Position numbers and translations under genes: made by a program. A DNA stretch of 64,000 bases from a virus. Lineage: Duplodnaviria > Heunggongvirae > Uroviricota > Caudoviricetes. This document shows positions 30,082 through 39,894 of this stretch, piece after piece. Position 1 is the first letter of the stretch, and each line of letters opens with the position of its first letter. The notes beneath the pieces were generated by a model. It did not search any database and was not told the origin of the DNA. It worked only from the letters and a program-made list of their open reading frames with translations. The stretch is taken from IMG/VR virus record IMGVR_UViG_3300037264_002389, positions 10,545 to 74,544 of that record. One strand, given 5' to 3'.

Positions 30082-30109
30082 GAGGTAATTAAATATGCCT
30101 GATGATATG
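30080..30109. repeat. 30-bp direct repeat, copy 2, recreating RBS plus ATG and then a stop after five codons (MPDDM*)
   Basis: Exact duplicate of 29896-29925. Confidence 0.9.
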
Positions 30110-30135
30110 TAGGTACGTTTCTGTTTCTTGTTGTT

Positions 30136-30396
30136 TTGTTAGCTAGCATTATCGCGTTTATTGTCAGTACGGAAGTCGTGGTGCGTGTGTTGGCAGCTGG
30201 TATGATGTTTGGATTGTTCATTGGTTGGGTGTTCGGGAGCGTGGATAGCCCGAACTTCAGGTATACGTGGCGGATCAAGGATGGCAACGATATCTGGTTT
30301 TCAGACGAAAAGCTCTATCGCAGCCGACAAGCGGCTCAGGATGGTGCGGTCAGCACGTCTAGCACGATCTTCTGCCCCAAGGTTGGAGATCATTGA
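30136..30396 (+). CDS. small membrane protein (TTG start as drawn in the ORF track)
   Basis: 86 aa with a hydrophobic N-terminal segment AAGMMFGLFIGWVFG; GC-rich. Confidence 0.3.
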   Translation: MLASIIAFIVSTEVVVRVLAAGMMFGLFIGWVFGSVDSPNFRYTWRIKDGNDIWFSDEKLYRSRQAAQDGAVSTSSTIFCPKVGDH

Positions 30397-30432
30397 ACTG
30401 TAGCTTAGTCCTTAAAACGAAAGGAGCATGTA

Positions 30433-30807
30433 GTGGCAAGCGAGAAGGAAACCATGGCGTTGCTATTTGCTGAGATCGCTGCCGAGCGTAAGCGCCAGAA
30501 TAAAAAGTGGGGCGAGCAGGATTATCTAAGTTTTGATCCTGTCCTAATGGACCGTGAAGGTGGCTGTTCTGTTGAGAGGCTGGCCGAATATTATGGAATT
30601 CCGGGTCCTGAACGGGCGCGATATATGACCGCTACGGCTGCTGATCACAAAGAGCTTACTTGGATGCATGTTCTGGTTGAGGAAGTGGCCGAACTGATCG
30701 AAGAAAAAGACAATACTGCCAAGCTGCGAGCCGAGCTGATCCAGTGTGCGGCTGTTTGTGCAGCTTGGATTGAGTGCCTGGATAGACAAAAGGGATTAAA
30801 GCATTAA
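30433..30807 (+). CDS. MazG-like all-alpha NTP pyrophosphohydrolase (tentative)
   Basis: EEVAELIEE (ExxE) followed by an E...D helix pattern (RAELIQ...WIECLD); 124 aa. Confidence 0.35.
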   Translation: MASEKETMALLFAEIAAERKRQNKKWGEQDYLSFDPVLMDREGGCSVERLAEYYGIPGPERARYMTATAADHKELTWMHVLVEEVAELIEEKDNTAKLRAELIQCAAVCAAWIECLDRQKGLKH

Positions 30808-30839
30808 GGTTTTAGATACCATTTTGTTGTATTTGATAG

Positions 30840-32480
30840 TTGATAAGACAATGCAACCCCGACAAAGGAGGTCACATGGTGTTGTTTATTATTGGGATAT
30901 TACTGGTGGTGGCTGGAATTGTGATATATGCTGGAGCGCCAATGAATAGATTGGTTAAACTTGCTATTGCAGCTAGTTTAGGTTTAGTTGGTTTTGTTTT
31001 CGTGTTTACTTCGACGGTGGCTCTTGTGCCTGATGGTACATCTGGTGTTGTTATTAAGAAATTTGGGCCTAATTTACCGCAGGGTCAAATTGTTGCACGT
31101 AATGGTGAACAGGGACCACAGGCTGCGTTACTTGGTCCTGGTTGGCATTTTTGGTTTTGGCCTTGGGTGTATACGATTGAGCCTGTGGATATTTATGAGG
31201 TACAACGTGGTCAAGTTGGTGTTGTCGTTGCTCTTGATGGTAAGCCACTTCTGGATGGTGAGATATTCGCCAAAGAGTTTTCGTCAATTGATGATATGAT
31301 TGATGGTGAAAAGTTCTTGGCTAGTGGTTTTAAGGGTCCGCAGCTAACTGTTCTTGGTCCTGGTCAATATCGTATTAATCCTAGATTATTTAATGTTAGT
31401 AATCATCCTGCTCTTGAGGTCGATATGGGTGAGGTTGCAGTTATTAAGGCTAATGCTGGTCAGATGCCAACAGAAAAGGATATTAATGTACTTGTTAATG
31501 GTTTGCCGTTGGTTCCTAAGTGATTTCGTGGTGTGTGGAAGGATGCTTTGCCTCCTGGGGCATATTATTTGCATCCGAATGCATATATCGTTACTAAGGT
31601 TGCTACGTCTAAGCGTGTATATGATTATGCTTTATCTGAGGTTAAAGATCTTAGTGATCCTATTTCGGTTAGGTCGAAGGATGGTTTTACTTTTCCGGTT
31701 GATGTGCGTGTTGCGGTTTCTATTTCTGCAGAGGAGGCTCCATATATTTCAGCTATGTTAGGCAATCCGGATGGTATTGTTCAAGATGGTGAGGATAAGG
31801 GCAAGATTTGTATTCTTGAGGCTAGGTTGATTTTGCCTTCGATTAGGACTATTTTTAGGAATGTTGCTGAGAAGTTGACTGCTTTACAATTTGTTGATTC
31901 TCGTTCTGTTGTAGAGAAAAATGCTACTGATTTGTTTATTGCAGATGTGAAGCAATTTCGTATCAATACTAATGGTGTATTTGTTGGTCAGATCGATCTA
32001 GACAATAATGAGATTACTAGATCATTGATGAAGACCAGGACTGATATGGAGATTGCGTTGAATCAGCAGAAGATGTATCTGGAGCAGGAGAGAGCACAAC
32101 AGGAGCGAGCTAAGTTTACCAAGTCAGAGGAGATTGCTGAGCAACAGAAGACTTTGGTTGCTGCTCAGTTTCAGGTTGATGTTCAGAAGGAGAAGTCAAA
32201 GGCGCGTGAGGTTGAGGCGGCTGGTGAGGCTAAGTATGTTGAGATTACGTTTGCTGCTCGTCGTAAGGCGTATGAGGATTTGTGTAAGGCGATTGGTTCT
32301 GAGTCAGTTACTATTCTTGAGATTTTAAAGACAGTTAAGGAAGGTAATATTCAGATTACGCCTCAGGTCATGGTGTCTGGTTCTAGTGGTGATGTTACGG
32401 GTGCATTGGCTGGTACGATTCTTAATAGTATTCTTAAGAAGGATACTCTTAAGAAGGGATCGCAATCAGAGAAGGAATAG
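30840..32480 (+). CDS. SPFH/band-7 flotillin-like protein interrupted by an in-frame TGA at 31521-31523
   Basis: N-terminal part has a TM segment plus an SPFH-like core GVVIKKFGPN...VQRGQVGVV. The second ORF (31533..) continues in the same frame with a long coiled-coil flotillin-like C-terminus. Combined length is about 545 aa, typical of YqiK-type flotillins. Confidence 0.6.
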
Positions 32481-32663
32481 AATGTCTGATCAAGTTAATT
32501 GGGTCTAAAACTTTGTGAAATCATCTTCGGCGAATATTTCGTTTAGTCGGTCGATTAGTGCCATACAATATGTTTGAGGCTATCCGAATCGTTGGCATAT
32601 TCGAATAATATGGATTAGTATCTTTGAGAAAATATAGTTGGATCGAGTCTCAAAGGAGAATAT

Positions 32664-33185
32664 ATGATCAATATTAAGGAATTGGCGATGTTGTTGTCTG
32701 AGGATATTAGGGATAATAATGGTTTTGTGTTGAATGAGGCAGGTATTCAACCTGGTCAACCTGGTCAGCCTGGTGGTAAGCCCCAGACAGGGTCTGGGGA
32801 TGAAATTACTCAAAATGATGATGTAGTTTTTCAAGCAATTGCAAGAAGTATCGCGATTGCTCTTGATGAGCAGGATTTGTATAGGATGTTGGATGGTGGC
32901 AAAGTAGTTACTCTACAACAGCTTGAAACTGATGATGTTGTTTTTGTGTTGAATAATGTGTCTGTGAAGCAGTTATCAGGTAATGAGGAAACTAGGGAAC
33001 TTCAGGTGTCTGGGGTTATGGATGAAGCAGTGATCGCTGCCAATACCGATCAAGAGCGAACTGTTCTTAATGTGCCTTTCAATGGTAAGTTATTGATTAC
33101 CCCAGGTGGAGTTGAGGGTGCTATTAAGATATATGGTTCACGTGGTAAGCCTGATAGTGGAAGTAATCTAATAGCATTAGGTTGA
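32664..33185 (+). CDS. hypothetical protein
   Basis: 173-aa ORF with RBS aaaggag. Confidence 0.45.
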   Translation: MINIKELAMLLSEDIRDNNGFVLNEAGIQPGQPGQPGGKPQTGSGDEITQNDDVVFQAIARSIAIALDEQDLYRMLDGGKVVTLQQLETDDVVFVLNNVSVKQLSGNEETRELQVSGVMDEAVIAANTDQERTVLNVPFNGKLLITPGGVEGAIKIYGSRGKPDSGSNLIALG

Positions 33186-33255
33186 ATATTGAATGACAGT
33201 ATGGGTGAACTACCATTAAAAGTGAATAGGGTTCTGAGTGAACCAGTATATTAAT

Positions 33256-33298
33256 ATATTGGGTTACTCCTCACTAATGACGAGGAGTAACCCAATAT
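33256..33298 (+). promoter_or_regulatory. 17-bp perfect stem hairpin abutting the start codon of the next gene
   Basis: atattgggttactcctc-actaatgac-gaggagtaacccaatat; the right arm contains gaggag (RBS-like); ATG at 33300. Confidence 0.5.
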
Positions 33299-33299
33299 T

Positions 33300-33650
33300 A
33301 TGTATCTGAATCATATGAGTATTATGAGGGAGATTACTGAAAAGGATTGGGCTAAGAAGGATGAGTTGCAGAGTAGGTTGGATAAGTTGTTGGTGGAGGC
33401 TACAGAGGCTAAGTTGGTGTTGTATTTCCATGTTGGTCTAAAGCGTTCGGCTTTTATGATGTCTTATTTGTCTGAGACGATGAAGAATAATACAGCTGGG
33501 GCTTCATTTGGTTTTAAGGGTATTTGTGATTTTACTCCTCTGCCGTTCAGATTTGATTTTGATAGTAGCGATGGTGCTTTGTCTTATGGGTCTTCACCGC
33601 GTCCTGCCGATGAGCTAGCTATTAAGAAGAGGATTTACGCGCAGGAGTAG
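33300..33650 (+). CDS. hypothetical protein
   Basis: 116-aa ORF. Confidence 0.45.
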   Translation: MYLNHMSIMREITEKDWAKKDELQSRLDKLLVEATEAKLVLYFHVGLKRSAFMMSYLSETMKNNTAGASFGFKGICDFTPLPFRFDFDSSDGALSYGSSPRPADELAIKKRIYAQE

Positions 33651-33654
33651 ATCA

Positions 33655-33927
33655 TTGAGTGATTTAGAGTCTGTTGGCCCATTGTTGGTCGAGATGATGA
33701 AGGCTGGTTATTTTTGTCGAGTATGGTGTCAATCTGAGGTTAGTGAGGAACGGCGTTGGCATGTGACTTTTGAAAAAGGCTGTCCACGTCCTAATCAGGA
33801 AGTGTGGCCGTGGGCGTGGGCTGAGGACACTGATTTGGTTGTTGCGGTTAAACGAGCATCGTCTGAGGCTAGGGAGCGCGAACGGGAGTTTTCTTACAAG
33901 GAGAATCGCCATGGAAGAACTGATTGA
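33655..33927 (+). CDS. hypothetical small protein carrying repeat B1
   Basis: 90 aa; contains the 33739-33888 sequence that is repeated at 35092-35199. Confidence 0.35.
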   Translation: MSDLESVGPLLVEMMKAGYFCRVWCQSEVSEERRWHVTFEKGCPRPNQEVWPWAWAEDTDLVVAVKRASSEAREREREFSYKENRHGRTD

Positions 33928-34204
33928 ACAAGTAGTCCGGGAGTTCGACTACGAAAAGTGTTTGTTATTGATGAGGGCTTCTGGGCATCAATGGGCTTGC
34001 GAAGGTATGCCCGGAAGTGAGTACCCCTCCGTCGAAAGAATGAAGGCATCGCTTGCCGACATACTTCGCGATCTTCTGATTAAGTTCGAAGGAAATGGGG
34101 AGTGTGGTGTCGGAGGGTTCAAGGTTTCTATTCGAGACGGGAAACTTCAAGTTTGGTTTGTTACGTCTTTTAAACAGGAGTTCGGGGTGGAGGTCTGCGC
34201 CTGA
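33911..34204 (+). CDS. hypothetical protein (internal ATG with RBS aaggagaa)
   Basis: 98 aa read from an ATG inside the 33770 ORF frame. Confidence 0.35.
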   Translation: MEELIEQVVREFDYEKCLLLMRASGHQWACEGMPGSEYPSVERMKASLADILRDLLIKFEGNGECGVGGFKVSIRDGKLQVWFVTSFKQEFGVEVCA

Positions 34205-34251
34205 AGTAGGTTGATACTTTACGCGAAGATCTTAAATGATACGACCCTCGT

Positions 34252-34885
34252 AGACAACTCGGTGTCTGGTCCACGCCGCCCACTCGTCAGAGGGGCGATA
34301 CCGAAAGGAGAGTAGCCGTGTACCATCGCGGAAAAGCCCTCAAACAGAGGGCAATCAGCCACATCGTCGCCACAATGCACAACATCCCCGAATGTGCGCC
34401 TACGGGGGTGGGTGCTGGTCCCAAGAAAATCGGCTATCTGGCCGGTTTCGACTTCCACAGCCCCCATAAGCGGCAGTTCGCCAGGGGTCTGCTCTTGGAA
34501 GCTCTTGACCTGGGCTTGGTCAAGCAAGTACCGATGGGTAGGAGCCGCCATCGGTATGTCCTCAGCGTCGAACAACAACAGCCGACGCATTCCCCGTACT
34601 ATGCTAACTGGCTCAAGCAAGAAGGCGCAACCATCATCGTAGCGTCCATGAATCTGTATCTGGATTATTTCATCCAGGTTGGTCCTCGTCTCAAGTCCCT
34701 TGAAGTTGAAGTTGGGACTGGGTTGTACGAGCCGAGTAACAGCCATACCCACCGTGGTTACTGGGCATGGCTGATCAGGGAAGAACTTGTTCATCGCGGA
34801 CAGCTCGTCAAGGTTGAGAACGAGCTGAGGATTGTTCTAGGTGATGCCCGTAGCATCATCTAGTTAATCAGACACCGAGTTGTCT
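34252..34885. mobile_element. GC-rich island bounded by perfect 17-bp inverted repeats (agacaactcggtgtctg / cagacaccgagttgtct)
   Basis: IRs at 34252-34268 and 34869-34885; the interior is about 58% GC against ~40% background; one ORF inside. Confidence 0.45.
34318..34863 (+). CDS. hypothetical protein encoded inside the IR-flanked island (GTG start, RBS gaaaggagag)
   Basis: 181 aa with high GC3 codon bias on the + strand. Confidence 0.4.
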   Translation: MYHRGKALKQRAISHIVATMHNIPECAPTGVGAGPKKIGYLAGFDFHSPHKRQFARGLLLEALDLGLVKQVPMGRSRHRYVLSVEQQQPTHSPYYANWLKQEGATIIVASMNLYLDYFIQVGPRLKSLEVEVGTGLYEPSNSHTHRGYWAWLIREELVHRGQLVKVENELRIVLGDARSII

Positions 34886-34948
34886 TATTTTGTTATTTTG
34901 TTGATTTTCCGGCTATATTAATATATCTCTCTATACAAATATATTAAT

Positions 34949-35119
34949 ATGGCTAATAGCATTGAGTTAGATGGTATTAAACGTTATGAAAAAGCAATTA
35001 AACAGATAATTAGTACCCTTACTGGTCCTATTGGCCCTACTGGGTTAACTGGTCCTATTGGCCCCACGGGTCCCACCGGTCCTGCCGAAGGGTTAGTGAG
35101 GAACGGCGTTGGCATGTGA
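34949..35119 (+). pseudogene. truncated duplicate of the tail-fibre 5' end fused to repeat B2 (56 aa, [24 protein letters not shown] plus GPxG repeats)
   Basis: Near-identical to 35962-36040 and then diverges into B-repeat sequence at 35092. Confidence 0.55.
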
Positions 35120-35264
35120 CTTTTGAAAAAGGCTGTCCACGTCCCAATCAGGAAGTGTGGCCGTGGGCGTGGGCTGAGGCTAAGGAGCGCGAACGGGAGA
35201 GTCTTTCCAGAAGTCGTTAAGAAGACGTGGTTCTGGTAAAAATAGAAATAGGTTGGGTTAAGAT

Positions 35265-35819
35265 ATGAGAATGTTCCATTTAACCCGCAAGAGCAATCTA
35301 GAATCAATCAAGCAATCTGGTCTACAAGTTAGAAATGCAGATCCAACTCATGGCAAAGGGATTTACGTATTCGACAATATTGATCGTGCGGACGTGATGA
35401 TGTACCATCTATATGGAGGCTATGGCGGCGAGCCATCTGATTTCGTCATTGTTGAAGTAGACATCGACCCGAAGGACCTCCTTATGGATGAGGACGCCCT
35501 AATAAATCTATTTAATGACCAAGACTTTGCCGCTTATGTATCGCCAGAAGCATTTAAGGTCTATCAGTTAGCGGTTGAGAAATGGGGCGATGATGTCAAT
35601 TCCATAGACGATCCGGAGGTTGCATTGTTTAAACAGTGGTTGATCGAGAAATACAACATCTTAGCAGATAAACGATTTACAATACCTACGAGAGATTTTA
35701 TTTTCACAGGCAAGGTGCTCTCACAGCCGCCGATTATTGCGTTTCATGCAATGCCAGTTGAGGATGAAGATGGATTTGATGAAAAACTTTCCGAGGCGCT
35801 AAGATACCACGCATTATGA
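35265..35819 (+). CDS. hypothetical protein
   Basis: 184-aa ORF. Confidence 0.45.
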   Translation: MRMFHLTRKSNLESIKQSGLQVRNADPTHGKGIYVFDNIDRADVMMYHLYGGYGGEPSDFVIVEVDIDPKDLLMDEDALINLFNDQDFAAYVSPEAFKVYQLAVEKWGDDVNSIDDPEVALFKQWLIEKYNILADKRFTIPTRDFIFTGKVLSQPPIIAFHAMPVEDEDGFDEKLSEALRYHAL

Positions 35820-35961
35820 GTTAGTAGTCGTTAGGATAGAACCAGTCATGGCTTGATATTCGATGAATTCTAGGAAGTTAGTGATGTCGTGTATTCCATA
35901 AGCCACCTATTTCCGGCGCTCTGTAAAAGCGTATAGCGCTATTCTATACAAATATATTAAT

Positions 35962-38319
35962 ATGGCTAATAGCATTGAATTAGATGGTATTAGACGTTAT
36001 GAAAAAGCAATTAAACAGATAATTAGTACCCTTCCACAAGGCCCTACCGGAGACACTGGCCCCATTGGTCCTACCGGATCAATTGGTCCCACTGGTCCCA
36101 TCGGTCCCACTGGGCCTACTGAGGGGTTTGTTAAGACTGCTGATAATGCTCCAAATATTTTGGTACTTTCTACGGATTTTCTTTATCAGATTCAGGTGTC
36201 TGGCGATACCGGTGATCGTTATAATATTGATGGCGCTGGGAAAATGTCGTGGGGAAATGGCGGTGGCGCTACTGATGTGTCTCTTGAGAGACTTGCCGCT
36301 AATATTCTTAAAATAGATGATACATTACAGGTAGATAATATTCTTCTTAATAGCCCATTTTCTTTTGCTGACGGTGTGCTTTCAAGTGATTCGACTTCTT
36401 TTTTACGCCTATTTACAGCAACTCCGAGCGCATATACAGCTGATCCTGATGTAGATGCGTTTGATATATTTTTCCGTGCTCAAGATGGTGGTGCACATAC
36501 TGTTAATAATCCTGTTGGCGGATCATTTGTTTATGTTCCTGGAGATCAAGGTGCTGGTGGGTCGGGTGCGCGAGGGAAGTTTATTGTCCGTGCTCCCGTG
36601 GCTGGGGAATATGCGACGTTCCAGGCGCAGGATAGTGGTAGCAATGCCAGATTTACTATTAATTCTGGTGGCGCGGTTAGTATGACGCCAGTTGCACAGT
36701 CAGGCACCGTTAATCCTGATTTTACTTTTACGGCTCCTGCACATGGGCCGCTTACGGCTGGTACTTCCCGTGCGGATGTAACGTTTGATCTGACGGCTAC
36801 TCATACTTGGGCAACTGGTGCTGGCCCAAACCCTCAGCGGTTCATCCGGTTTCTAGCTCCGACTCTGGACTATGTTGGGGCTTCGTCCTCGAATCTGATT
36901 CACTTCATCAACATCAGTGGTGGAGTGATTGCCGGACCTAACGCTACTATCGGGGTGAGCACGGCGCTCTACATCAGCAGCCACAACGTCGCCTCTGGTG
37001 GCGGCATCGTTTCTCAAGCGCGTGGCTTAAGCGTCGATCACCCCACAGGCGCGTCGTACAACATGGCGTTCCGGGTTCCTACTGCGCCTCAAGCAAGCAG
37101 CGGAAGCGCGTCACTGGCGATAGGCAGTGCTCGATTCGATGCCTCTGGTTTGACTCCCTTCTTCGGCAGCGTGAATGGCACGACCATTGGCGTGGCGGAA
37201 AACAGCTTTACCGGCTCGCTGATTGATTTACAGAACAATCAGAATCCTCATTTCCGTGTTTCTACTGGAGGTGTCGCTACTTCTGCTGTCGGACTTGAAG
37301 TTTTGTCTGCTGCTGCTGCCGGTGGTCTGAATCTTAATACATTGTCTACAGGAGCGAATGAATCATTAACGATTTCTTCAAAGGGCACTGGGACATTTAC
37401 TTTATCGTGCCCAGGGATCGGTAATGTTATTCTTCGCGCTAATGGTAACAATAGCATTACCGTCAGTCAGACAAGTTTTTCTTTTGTTCCAGTTGCTAGA
37501 TCTGGTGCTGACGGAAGCACTGCGACTTTTGTGATTACACTTCCAAGTGAATCTGCTGCTGCATTTACAGCGAGCACTGAGTCGCCAGATGTTAATCTTA
37601 ATATGACGCATACTAAGCAGCATGCCACTGGTGCTCTTACAACTAATCGTGAATTTATTGTTCAATCTGCTACACATAGTTTTGTGGGTGCGTCTACGTT
37701 GACGACTGCGGCTACTTTAGCAATTGATAATGCGCCTAGGGCTGGGTCAAATGCTACGATCACCAATAGTATTGCTTTTTTAATTCAATCGGTGAATTCT
37801 GTTGCTAATGGAGGAGCAGTTAATAATGCGTATGGTGCTTTAATTAATGCCCCAGTTGGGGCGACCAATAATATCGCTCTAGCATTGAAGGCAGCCGCTG
37901 GTCAGACTTCAAATATGTTCGAGATTCAGAATAGTTCTGGAACAGTTGAACTTTCTATTGATTCTGCTAATAATATTACATCTATTGGACGACTTACTCC
38001 GCGTGTTCAAACGGCAGCTGATGCTACTAGTATTACTCCAACTGGCAACACTGCGGATTTGGTCATTCAGACTAATACACAGGCTGCTGGTACACTTACC
38101 TTAAATGCACCTACAGGAACACCAGTCGATGGGCAGGTTCTTGTGGTAAGAGTTAAATGTACGAATAGTCAAACGTGGAGTTTTAATGCGATTTATAGAA
38201 GTGGAACTGATGTTTCCTTACCCACGACCACTACGGCTGGTATGGATGATTATCTTAGCTTCAAGTATAATGCTGCAGCCGCTGCATTTGATTGTGTTGG
38301 TCTTGCTAGAGGGTATTAG
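35962..38319 (+). CDS. tail fibre-like protein with N-terminal collagen-like GPxG repeats
   Basis: 785 aa; [27 protein letters not shown] at 36040-36120; Gly/Ala/Thr/Ser-rich repetitive beta-like body. Confidence 0.65.
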   Translation: MANSIELDGIRRYEKAIKQIISTLPQGPTGDTGPIGPTGSIGPTGPIGPTGPTEGFVKTADNAPNILVLSTDFLYQIQVSGDTGDRYNIDGAGKMSWGNGGGATDVSLERLAANILKIDDTLQVDNILLNSPFSFADGVLSSDSTSFLRLFTATPSAYTADPDVDAFDIFFRAQDGGAHTVNNPVGGSFVYVPGDQGAGGSGARGKFIVRAPVAGEYATFQAQDSGSNARFTINSGGAVSMTPVAQSGTVNPDFTFTAPAHGPLTAGTSRADVTFDLTATHTWATGAGPNPQRFIRFLAPTLDYVGASSSNLIHFINISGGVIAGPNATIGVSTALYISSHNVASGGGIVSQARGLSVDHPTGASYNMAFRVPTAPQASSGSASLAIGSARFDASGLTPFFGSVNGTTIGVAENSFTGSLIDLQNNQNPHFRVSTGGVATSAVGLEVLSAAAAGGLNLNTLSTGANESLTISSKGTGTFTLSCPGIGNVILRANGNNSITVSQTSFSFVPVARSGADGSTATFVITLPSESAAAFTASTESPDVNLNMTHTKQHATGALTTNREFIVQSATHSFVGASTLTTAATLAIDNAPRAGSNATITNSIAFLIQSVNSVANGGAVNNAYGALINAPVGATNNIALALKAAAGQTSNMFEIQNSSGTVELSIDSANNITSIGRLTPRVQTAADATSITPTGNTADLVIQTNTQAAGTLTLNAPTGTPVDGQVLVVRVKCTNSQTWSFNAIYRSGTDVSLPTTTTAGMDDYLSFKYNAAAAAFDCVGLARGY

Positions 38320-38357
38320 TGAGAATATATAGAATAGATCATGATAGGAGATAATTT

Positions 38358-38807
38358 ATGCAATTGATTTTAACCCCAGGCGAGTCGGTTTTCTTGTATC
38401 GAATATTGTTTAACCCTTATGCTTTTCCTCTTACGCATGTTCGAGTGGCAGGTCAGCCTCTCCTACCATGGCGTCCAAGAGGTGAAGGAAAAGAGGCGCT
38501 TCGAGTTGCGAAACAGATTCATGCTCTTAAGAAATGGTTCAACTTACATGTGGCAACCGAAGTTAGTGAAAAGTTTGGAAAAATCGAGCATCAATTTGGC
38601 ACTAGTGATATTCAGGTTGGTCTTACGCAAGTATATATTGATCTCCTTCTCGATCTTATTGAATATTATGAGCCTATAGGATGTTTAGCTGAATATGTTG
38701 ACGTATACTTGCCGTTAATTGGAAAATTAAAAGATGAAAAGTATATGATTGAAGATCCGTTTGTGGCACCGGAGTCTGAATCTACACCGAAGTCTGAACC
38801 TAAATAG
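38358..38807 (+). CDS. hypothetical protein (candidate fibre assembly partner by position)
   Basis: 149-aa ORF directly after the fibre gene. Confidence 0.4.
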   Translation: MQLILTPGESVFLYRILFNPYAFPLTHVRVAGQPLLPWRPRGEGKEALRVAKQIHALKKWFNLHVATEVSEKFGKIEHQFGTSDIQVGLTQVYIDLLLDLIEYYEPIGCLAEYVDVYLPLIGKLKDEKYMIEDPFVAPESESTPKSEPK

Positions 38808-38875
38808 CCATACTTCTAGAATTGGCTGTTGACGCTATGATTAGGTGCATGAGATCGTCATTTATAATCTGAAAA

Positions 38876-39298
38876 ATGAAACCTAGGAGCATTAAAATGA
38901 AGATCGAGTTGGAGAATCGTGATGCTTTGAATTTGATTTTTGGTGTACCAATTATGATAACAGTTATAATTTTAGTCACAATTGTTGTAATATCACTTCT
39001 TGCACGTTTTGATCTTCCACCTATTAAAGTAGAAATTAAGAATGACATCCCAAAAGCAGAGATAACCATGAAAAATGATGTAAAGATTAATGAAATTATT
39101 AGAGAGAGAACTGTTGTGTCTCCTATTGAAATGAAGAATGTGGTAAATGTTCCTGAAATCAAGATACCTGAAATCAAGATACCAGAGTTCAAGATCCCAC
39201 CTGCACCCAAAGCAGAAGTAACATTTATTACAGATGTGCGGAAGGAAAATGAAGACGAAATAGACGGAATTCTTTTACCGCCACCTAAGGTAAAGTAG
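38876..39298 (+). CDS. membrane protein with EIKIPEIKIPEFKIP tandem repeats
   Basis: 140 aa with an N-terminal TM; 15-bp tandem repeats at 39151-39198. Confidence 0.45.
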   Translation: MKPRSIKMKIELENRDALNLIFGVPIMITVIILVTIVVISLLARFDLPPIKVEIKNDIPKAEITMKNDVKINEIIRERTVVSPIEMKNVVNVPEIKIPEIKIPEFKIPPAPKAEVTFITDVRKENEDEIDGILLPPPKVK

Positions 39299-39322
39299 TA
39301 TAATTGCCCTAAAATATATTGT

Positions 39323-39610
39323 ATGAAGCAACATACTTATAATGGGGATTGTTGGTGTAAACCAATCATCCTTCAATTATGCTTAGAATGCTTTGATGCT
39401 GAGGCTGGCTTCGTATGCTCACATTGTGAGGGAATGTGTTTGATACCAGTATATGATGAAGACCGTACTGATTTAATTGTAATTGTACATGATCACACTG
39501 TTTCCAATGAATTTGAAGGATGCCATAGATCTGATATTACACATACGTTTTTGGACCCGATACCATGGCAACGCATAGTTAAATTTTTCAGTATGGGCAA
39601 ATATATTTAG
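39323..39610 (+). CDS. Cys/His-rich small protein
   Basis: 95 aa; CWC...CLEC...CSHCEGMC. Confidence 0.4.
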   Translation: MKQHTYNGDCWCKPIILQLCLECFDAEAGFVCSHCEGMCLIPVYDEDRTDLIVIVHDHTVSNEFEGCHRSDITHTFLDPIPWQRIVKFFSMGKYI

Positions 39611-39624
39611 GAGGCAATTCAATT

Positions 39625-39885
39625 ATGTCAGCCATAACTATACGACAGCAAAATTTACTGCCCATCATTAATAATTTCGTTATAATTCCTGATGTTGGTA
39701 GTACAAAGCGACTTGCTCTTGATACAGCACTTGCTGCATTACCTGGGTCAAGTATAACTACGTTTTTCATCGACAAACGTCAGCGTCTATTTAAGCTTCC
39801 TGAACATCAAAGTGATACTGGATATTCTGATGATTTCCATGCTATATTGAGGGGAGCTTCTTCAGTTATTGCCGATACAGTCTAG
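39625..39885 (+). CDS. hypothetical protein
   Basis: 86 aa. Confidence 0.35.
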   Translation: MSAITIRQQNLLPIINNFVIIPDVGSTKRLALDTALAALPGSSITTFFIDKRQRLFKLPEHQSDTGYSDDFHAILRGASSVIADTV

Positions 39886-39894
39886 TATTTTAAA

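Noticed and set aside
30988-32328. Alternative-frame ORFs inside the flotillin gene (30988-31299, 31354-31761, 32134-32328)
   Set aside because: They give low-complexity Leu/Arg/Val-rich products from off-frame translation of a GT-rich gene, and the in-frame product has recognisable SPFH and coiled-coil features.
34219-34794. 191-aa minus-strand ORF inside the GC-rich island
   Set aside because: Long antisense ORFs are expected in ~58% GC DNA. The + ORF has a strong RBS and coherent GC3 bias, and the minus ORF has neither.
34984-35307. 107-aa minus-strand ORF across the collagen-repeat remnant
   Set aside because: Its PVGPIGP repeats are the antisense of the GPxG codons of the truncated fibre copy, so it is an artefact.
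38826-38875. Sigma-70-like ttgacg ... tataat promoter upstream of 38876
   Set aside because: The spacer between the -35-like and -10-like hexamers is about 28 nt, far from the 16-18 nt required. Probably fortuitous in AT-rich DNA.
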